Shown piece after piece: positions 13,403 through 64,000 of a DNA stretch of 64,000 nt (positions are counted from its first letter, which is position 1; every line of letters starts with the position of its first letter). A program made the position numbers and the translations under genes. The stretch is from the NCBI GenBank assembly GCA_951406725.2, contig OX597823.1:6324001-6388000 (forward strand), given 5' to 3'. A model generated the notes under the pieces. The model did not search any database, was not told the DNA's origin, and saw only the letters and a program-made list of their open reading frames with translations. This DNA is from Octopus vulgaris (lineage: Eukaryota).

Positions 13403-13405
<3 letters not shown>
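12078..13405 (+). mobile_element. RTE-clade LINE 3' end, interrupted by a GC-rich rDNA-like insert
   Basis: RRLHWYGHVARMDEDSCVKKC...GRPRKTWDEVV, then a repetitive 3'UTR ending ...gcggacgttaaacgatgatgatg. Confidence 0.8.
12894..12919 (+). pseudogene. 26-nt fragment of the 18S rRNA 5' end within a GC-rich putative ETS-derived insert (approx. 12750-13155)
   Basis: tacctggttgatcctgccagtagtca is the universal eukaryotic 18S 5' terminus; the sequence does not continue as 18S. Confidence 0.8.
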
Positions 13406-13956
<551 letters not shown>

Positions 13957-15212
13957 TTGCAGCTCGGCATCTGGAGAAGCAAGCCCATGCCGCCCAACAG
14001 TGTCTCCATCGTGGGACACTGGACCGACAGACTGGTTAAATTGTTCAGTGTCTATTTCGGACCAGATCTCCAAATGGAGAAGAACTGGGATGAGATAACG
14101 AGCCGGGTGGACACTCTCACCCAGCAATGGGCCGAAAGGAAGCTATCTTCAAAGGTCGGGCGGAGGTGGCGAACTCGTACATCGCATCTATTACCATCTG
14201 ACCGTCATGCTTTGATCCTAATATCACCAAACTGGAACGCATACTCTTCCGCTTTTTGTGGAAGAGAAGTGTTCTGATGGTTATGCGATCCATTTGCTGT
14301 CAACACCCGCTGGGGTTGGGCATGCCGTGGTTGATGATGTGCAGACATGCGCTGTGACTGCAACATCTCCGGCGCTTCATAGGCGACGGTGAACAGCTGT
14401 GGTTGCCATTTGTGAGGCGCGCTTTCCCGAAACTCGTTTCTTTGGCCGAACTGCAGTCGTGGATCAAACAGAGACCGAGGTTAGGCGAATGGCACAGCGA
14501 GTGCTGCCTTGCTCTCGAGCAACTCTGCCCTCCGGGACTAAACTTGTGCGACTTCAATTCCACGAAGGCGTTCTATAGAGGATTAGTGGGGGGGAGGTGC
14601 GACGACGTTCTCGAGGAGAATCTGGGCGTCGACGAGGAACACCTGACCCGCTTGTTCAGGACAACTTTCGGACCGGGACCTATGGACAATCACCAGAGAT
14701 CCCTGGCCTGGCAGTGCTATCGAGAAGCATTACCTGTTCGTGATAAGCTCTACAGGCCACGTTCGAGATACACCGGACTGAGTTGCTCGAGATACGGTCA
14801 GAGCCTCTCTGGCCAATCGTTCATCAACTTTTTCAAGCACCACTTGAAAAAGGAAGGTGAGAATAGAGAGGCAAGTTTTGTCTCCTGAGAGATTCCATAA
14901 AAGGTGGAAGAATGTAACAAAGACGGTACGCGTGATTGACGAAATCACTTTGAGCATGATCCTGTAAATCAAAAAACAGAGAGAGAGAGAGAGAGGGGGA
15001 GAGCGCTTTGCTCTCATGTCTTTCTTTCCCTGCCCGAGGCTTTTCTTTCCACGGGTAAACCTAATCAGTTTTACATTTTCACTCCCGCTTATTTTGCTCT
15101 TTACACCCCCAAACGCTTTCGATCTCCTTTGATCGTACTTTTTTTCTTTCGAAAAGAAAAGTACTACATTGTATTGACCCCTCTGTGTTCGGCCCAGTGT
15201 GGCTAATAAAGA
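13957..15212 (+). mobile_element. L1/Tx1-clade LINE 3' fragment embedded in (TCTA)n
   Basis: FGPDLQMEKNWDEITSRV...WAERKLS and RSLAWQCYREALPVRDKLY motifs; aataaa near the 3' end; TCTA arrays on both sides. Confidence 0.7.
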
Positions 15213-15274
15213 AACCTGTCTGTTTGTCTGTATATCTGTCTGTTCGTTTGTCTGTCCGCCCGTCCGTCTGTCCG

Positions 15275-15407
<133 letters not shown>

Positions 15408-15421
15408 GTATATATCTATAG

Positions 15422-15527
<106 letters not shown>

Positions 15528-15754
15528 CTACCTTATGATCTAATTAAAAAAAAAATTGGAGTCAACAAGAAGGAGCATAGCTGTGTTTCCTCAGGCGAAA
15601 GGTAAATTTTGCCTCCACAAGTCCAAATTCTCAGCTTCAGGAGCATCCTCATTCTCTGTCATGGCCTGAAGATAGTAGTAGCCAGTGAGTTTATCAAAAG
15701 ATGTGTTTTTGCTGAAGGCCATTGGCAAACTTGCAAACGGTCCCACATCAACAA

Positions 15755-17137
15755 CACATCATCATCATCGCTTAACGTCTGTTGTCCATGCTGGCATGGG
15801 GTGGACAGTTTGACCAGTGCTGACAAGGCTCCACCAGGCTCTAGTCTGATTAGGCATGGTTTCTACAGCTGGATGCCCTTCCTAATGTCAACCACTCTGA
15901 GAGTGGAATGGGTTCTTTTACGTGGCACCAGCACAGGTGCCATTTGCGTGGCACCAGTATCTATCATTTTGCCTCCGTGAGGCCCAACGCTAGAAATGTG
16001 CTTTTTACGTTCCACTGGCACAGGTGCCATTTGCGTGGCACCAGTATCTACCATTTTGCCTCCGTGAGGCCCAACGCTAGAAATGTGCTTTTTACGTTCC
16101 ACTGGCACAGGTGCCATTTGCGTGGCACCAGTATCTATCATTTTGCCTCCGTGAGGCCCAACGCTAGAAATGTGCTTTTTACGTTCCACTGGCACAGGTG
16201 CAAGTTATGTAACACTAGTAGCGGCCACAACTACGATTTCACTTGGCTAGCTGATTATATTGCCAACGTTCTCGGTCACCAGCCATTGGCTCTGTGAGGC
16301 CCAAAATTCAAAGATCATGCCTCACCACCTCGTCCCATGTCTTCCTGGGTTCCCTCCACACTTAGAGATCGGCACTTTTTATACAGCGGTTTCCATCCAT
16401 AAGCATCACATGATCATACCAGTGCAGTCGTCTTTCTTGTACACCACATCTGATGCCTCTTAAGTCCAACTTTTCTCTCAAGATGCTAACGCTCTGTCCA
16501 ACATGAACACTGATGCTTCACATCCAGCGAAGCATACTGGCTTCATTTCTTTCAAGCCTACGCATGTCCTTCGTTGTCGCAGCCATGTTTCATGACCGTG
16601 TACCGTAGTTGTTTGCACACAGGCATCAGAAAATCTGCCTTTCACTCTGAGAGAGAGGCCTTTGTTGCTAGCAGAGGTAGGAGCTCTCTGAACTTTGTCC
16701 GACCTATTCTTATTCTCACAGCTACACTCTTAGAGCATCCACCTCCACTACTAACTTGGTCAGCTAGATAACGGAAGCTATCTACAACCTCTAGCTTACC
16801 CCGATACCTGTTGATGGAGTCTATTTTCTGTATATTTTCTGTGCTTATTGCGCCTGTGCATCTTCCACACACAAAAACTATTTTCCCCTGTTAACCTTCC
16901 TTCTGATATTGCTGCACCTCTTATGTGTCCATATCTCACATCAGGTACCCCTTATGCAGTTTCTACCCACGCCTTTCTTACAGATTGAGCGGGGCCATCT
17001 ACCCGAAGGGATTTGTGATATGTCTATCTTCCTACTTACTAAGACTTTGGCTTTTGCCCGGTTCTTGCTTCCGTGTATGAAACTTCTCTAGTTCTGGCAG
17101 TGATTTAGCCATAAGAACAAGGCTAGCATCATAGAGG
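15755..17137 (-). mobile_element. RTE-clade LINE fragment containing an 87-bp triplication (15931-16200)
   Basis: Minus-strand LEVVDSFRYLADQVSSGGG...KFRELLPLL; gcacaggtg recurs at 15931, 16018, 16105, 16192. Confidence 0.8.
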
Positions 17138-17237
17138 NNNNNNNNNNNNNNNNNNNNNNNNNNNNNNNNNNNNNNNNNNNNNNNNNNNNNNNNNNNNNNN
17201 NNNNNNNNNNNNNNNNNNNNNNNNNNNNNNNNNNNNN
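17138..17237. other. Assembly gap (100 N)
   Basis: N run. Confidence 1.
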
Positions 17238-17319
<82 letters not shown>

Positions 17320-18138
17320 TAGGGAGACACGCTCTCTCCTCTCGTTTCCTGCTTGGGTCTGACACCTCTATCTGACATGCTAAATAGAACTGGATGCGTA
17401 TACAAATATTACGGTAAAACAATCAGCCACATTTTATAAATGGATCACCTAAAAATATACGCCATAAATGACAAACAGGTGGAAACACTACTATAGACAG
17501 TACATGGATTTACGAATGAAGCAGATATGAAATTTGGATTAGAAAAATGCTCCAATGCAACGCTGAAGAGAGGAAAATTAGTTAAGAATAGCAACGTCAC
17601 GCTAGATATAACCAATGAAATAAGAGAATTAGACTAAAGTCAGACATACAAATATTTAGGAATCCGTGAACTAGATATGATACAACACACACAAATGAAA
17701 GAGAAAATAAACCAAGTATACTATAGACGAGTTAGATCAATACTAAAAACAGAGTTCAATGCTAAAATCAAGGTAATAGGTATTAACACTTTAGCCGTCC
17801 GAGTTATAAGTTACAGCTACAATATCCTTAACTGGACACTAAATGAATTAACCAAAAATAGACAGGAAAACAAGAAAAATAATGACAGGATCTAGGATGC
17901 ACCACCCAAAATCTGACAGAGAAAGGCTATATATACAACGTATAGAGGGTGGTAGAGGTCTTATGCAGCTGGAAAACTACTATAAAATAACCACCATAGG
18001 ACTACAAAAATATCTACTTCAGAAGCAAGGAAAACCGATGCAAATAGCGACAAAACACGAGCAAAACAATAAACTGTTCTCAGTATTTAAGGAAGCTGAC
18101 AAATACAGACCAGAAATCATACTACCTAACAAATATGA
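17320..18138 (+). mobile_element. Dong/R4-like non-LTR RT fragment after (AAT)n; paralogous copies at approx. 42380-43197, 46142-46957, 57917-58390
   Basis: YYRRVRSILKTEFNAK, RMHHPKSDRERLYIQRIEGGRGL; homologous to the 628-aa ORF at 55783; sits just upstream of four of the five class A exons. Confidence 0.8.
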
Positions 18139-18218
18139 ATCATCTACTATTTTATTTTATAGACATTTCAGACGTAATATTTTCCAATAAATCTCGTTTC
18201 CAAAATTTTCTTTTACAG

Positions 18219-60733
<42,515 letters not shown>

Positions 60734-62303
60734 GTAAGTTTAATTAGTTTTTTGATTCTCTTTTATTGACAATAAAATTATAAACACCTAATGTCTTTAC
60801 ATGCTTTCTTTTTTCACTCACTCTCCTTAACGCATTATATACACTCAGTCGTTTCCCACAGGAACATTTTATTCTTTGTGAATATCTGAGCCGGTGTGTG
60901 TGTGATTGTGTGTGTGCATGTGTGTATGTGTGAGTGTGTGTGTGTGTGTGACTGTGTGTTGGGTGTGTGTGAATATCAGTGTCTGTGTTTATGTTTGAGT
61001 TTCTGATAATGCATATGATTTTGTGCATGATTGTGCACATGCCACTCAGGGTGTCATTCAGGTTGAGTGAATGTACACGAGTGTATTGGATCGATTTATC
61101 TACACATCACTTCCGAACCCCGTTCAAACAAAATGCACCATAACCCTAACCCTAACTTCCCCATTAAAGGCTCGACACTCAAAGCGTATAGAAGCGATGA
61201 GAGAGGGCGCCCTTGATGGTTCGGCAAGAAAGTCTGAAACGGCTGATAGATGTCACCATTATATTTGTCTGCCGAGCAGATGTAATTCTTTATTACAGAG
61301 ATCCAAATTCTTTAGAGCAGCCGAAGCCAACTCCATTGATGACTGCCTCCAAGTACCAATGGTAGACTGTATCGAATGCTTTCGAATGATCTTAACTTAC
61401 GATGGTCCCATTGAAGCCAAGTTTCCACTCTACACATTCTATAGTGTATAGAATGACGTGGAAGTTGTGAATGGAGCGGCTCGGGATTGCACAAGTTTGC
61501 GCCTCACCTTCCAAATATTCGAGAAGCGGCAGGTTTTCGGGTTTAATGTGCAAAAATATTTCCAGATTCACTCCGGACCAGTACTCCCTGACAATTTTTG
61601 GTATCGCTATCGAGACAATTCTGTAGTCGCAAGCGAAGACATCTACATTGACGACACCCTCCAAATACCGATTGTCGACTTCGTTGAATGCTTTCGATTG
61701 ATCTAAACTGATCAGGGTCCCATCGAAGCCTGGTTTACACCCTACACTTTCTATGATGCATAGCATAAGTTAGATGTCGACGTGTATGGAGTAGGTCAGG
61801 ATTTCGCAGTTTTGCGCCTCACCATCCAAATCATCGACAAGCGCCAAGCACTTCGCTAACATCTTGACCAAAATGTTAAATTCTATTTAATGCAGAGTTA
61901 TGGGCCTGAGCTTATCTAATGTGTCCCTTTTGTTTTCGTGTTTCTATATCAACGTCAGGTAAAAAATGCTTTCAAATCGATATATCAATATCGGCTGATG
62001 AGAATCTTTCTCTAAAAGAAATGGCGAATATCTCAAAATACGAAGACATCGAAATAGAGGTAACCCGAAGGTGGTGTCTGAAAACAGAAAAAAATCTTAT
62101 TATAGTAGCCGCATGCCGGAAAATACATAACAAAATCACCAGAACTTACAAATATGTATAGCATATAGGAAATAGCACTACTATGCATCGCAAACATGCG
62201 ATGTAAAACACTTTCAATAAAGTAAAACTATGAGCAAATACCCAAAGCACATAGAGCGGCCCTCGTGAGGGCAGTGAAAGCACGTGTGTTTAAAGTAAGA
62301 CTA

Positions 62304-62427
<124 letters not shown>

Positions 62428-62444
62428 ATAATTATTATTATTAT

Positions 62445-64000
62445 TCTATGTCTGACTTTTGCTTTATGTTTGTACAAGTTGGCTCCAAGTCTCACCCAGA
62501 GACCTCAAGAGACAACAGGCTGGAAGTTCACGTTGCTGTTATGCCTAGTGTGTCACATATTTGGGTTTTTTTTGGTGTTGTACTAGTGAATGTCTAATAA
62601 ATAAATTTTTTTTAAAAGTTTGTTTTAAACCTTGAGATTTCATAGAGAGTATTTTGCGTAGGATATGAGCAGTTCCCATGAGCACTATCTTTTGAATTTC
62701 TGCCATTTTGGGGTTTTCTGGTATCTGAGTTACGGAGCAATCAGCCCCTTTCGCTATCATTCCCAGGGCACCTATGACAACAGGTATTGTTTTAGTCTTC
62801 AGGATCCACATTTTGCTGATTTCTATTTCAAGATCTTTATATTTGCTCAGGTTTTGGTAGGTCTTGACAGATACGTTTATATCGATTGGGACAGTTATAT
62901 CAATGAGAAGGCATGTTCTTTGTCTGAAGTCTTTCAACATGATATCTGGCCTGTTTGCATCTATCTTTCTGACAGTTTGAATGGTGAAGTTCCAGAGGAG
63001 TGGGATGTGGTCATTTTCAAGCACTGGGGGTGGTTTGTGTTCCCACCAGTTTTTTTCATGTGGCAAATCCATGTTTTTGCAAATTAACCAGTGAATATAT
63101 TGTGCAGCTCTATCATGCCTGTTGAGGTACTCTGTAGGCGCTAGAAGACTGCTCTTGGAGACAACATGATCAATGGTTTCATTTTGTTGTCGACATACAC
63201 GACATGTTGGGCTACTGCCGTTCTTTAATATGTTGGCCTGGTAGTTTCTTGTTGGCAGGCATTGATCTTGAGCTGCTATGATAAACCCTTGTGTTTCAGA
63301 TTTTAAGCCAGAGGCCATTAGCCATTGATGGGTCAGACTTTGTCAATATCTGCATTATTCGCTCTCTTTGGGTATTTGCCATAGAGAGGCTTTTCTTGCC
63401 ATTTATTATTCAGAATATCTAAGGCTGCAGTTTTGGCACGGGTTTTCATGCGCTTAGCTATTTCTGTGCTTGTTTCTTGTATGTCTATCTCTAATTCCGA
63501 AATTTGTTGTATTCGGAATTCACTTAGATATTCCATTGCCTGTTTTGTTACTGAGTTGTTACTGTTTTGTTACTACTTTCTTGTTTTCATGTTTTGAGAC
63601 AAGTTTTAACATCCAGTCCTCAGACTTTTCCAGGTAGGTGTCTAGGCCAATTGTAGCAATCTTCATTGTTATTACCAGTTGTAAAAGACACGGCCTCTTT
63701 TTCTTGGCAGATAAAGTCGTTCTGTATCTGCCTTAGGGTGGTGCATTCTATGCATTGTCAACAGTTTTCGTATTTTTCTGTCAAGCTGACATATTTCAGT
63801 AATTGACCAGTTAACGATATTGAAACTGTAAGTCACGACTGGTATGGCTAATGCATTGATCGCTTCGATCCTGTTTCTTGCATTCAGCTCTGTCTTGAGT
63901 ATTGCTCTCACTCTTCGAAAACATTCTCTCTTGATCATTTCCTTCATCTCTGAATGCCTTATTCCGTCCCCTTCAATTACCACTAGGTACTTGTAGCTCT
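62445..64000 (-). mobile_element. Second Dong/R4-like non-LTR element (RLE domain), running off the window, 3' end at (TTA)n
   Basis: ORF 62545..63318: CRVCR...RHD...NRPDIML...LIDITVP...KYKDLEIE; 63672..63983 is an RT-thumb region. Confidence 0.85.

Noticed and set aside
18163-18218. Alternative upstream acceptors before class A exons (ttttatag|acattt, tttcag|acg)
   Set aside because: In exon 1 they would add 56 or 47 nt and shift the frame; there is no support for use.

Overview
AT-rich, microsatellite- and retroelement-dense animal genomic DNA. The repeat complement (tRNA-derived SINEs, RTE, Tx1/L1, Dong/R4 and Penelope elements) suggests an octopus/cephalopod, which is an inference. The ORF track mostly shows repeat artefacts and TE fragments and misses the main signal. 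Between 18219 and 60733 on the + strand there are 19 exons of exactly 72 nt, each flanked by AG/GT, all phase 2-2 and all stop-free. Each encodes one 24-aa 'typical' extracellular leucine-rich repeat (consensus xLxxNxIxxIxxGxFxNLxSLxxL). They fall into four sequence classes arranged as a higher-order tandem repeat (A-B-C-B'-C'-D, A-B-C-B'-C'-D, A, A-B-C-D, A-B...) that was duplicated together with its intronic TEs. Differences between paralogous exons are concentrated, mostly as amino-acid changes, in the xLxxNx beta-strand positions that form the LRR ligand-binding face. The intron splits that strand, and any exon combination stays in frame. This is a candidate variable-LRR receptor cassette array (VLR/Dscam-like in logic), although an ordinary long-LRR protein or LGR-type GPCR ectodomain is not excluded. 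The N- and C-terminal exons are not visible: a 100-N gap precedes the array and the window ends after it. Other notable items are a 3.1-kb 23-bp minisatellite made of TCF/LEF-consensus sites, Penelope-associated minimal hammerhead ribozyme motifs, and a captured rDNA 5'ETS/18S fragment.
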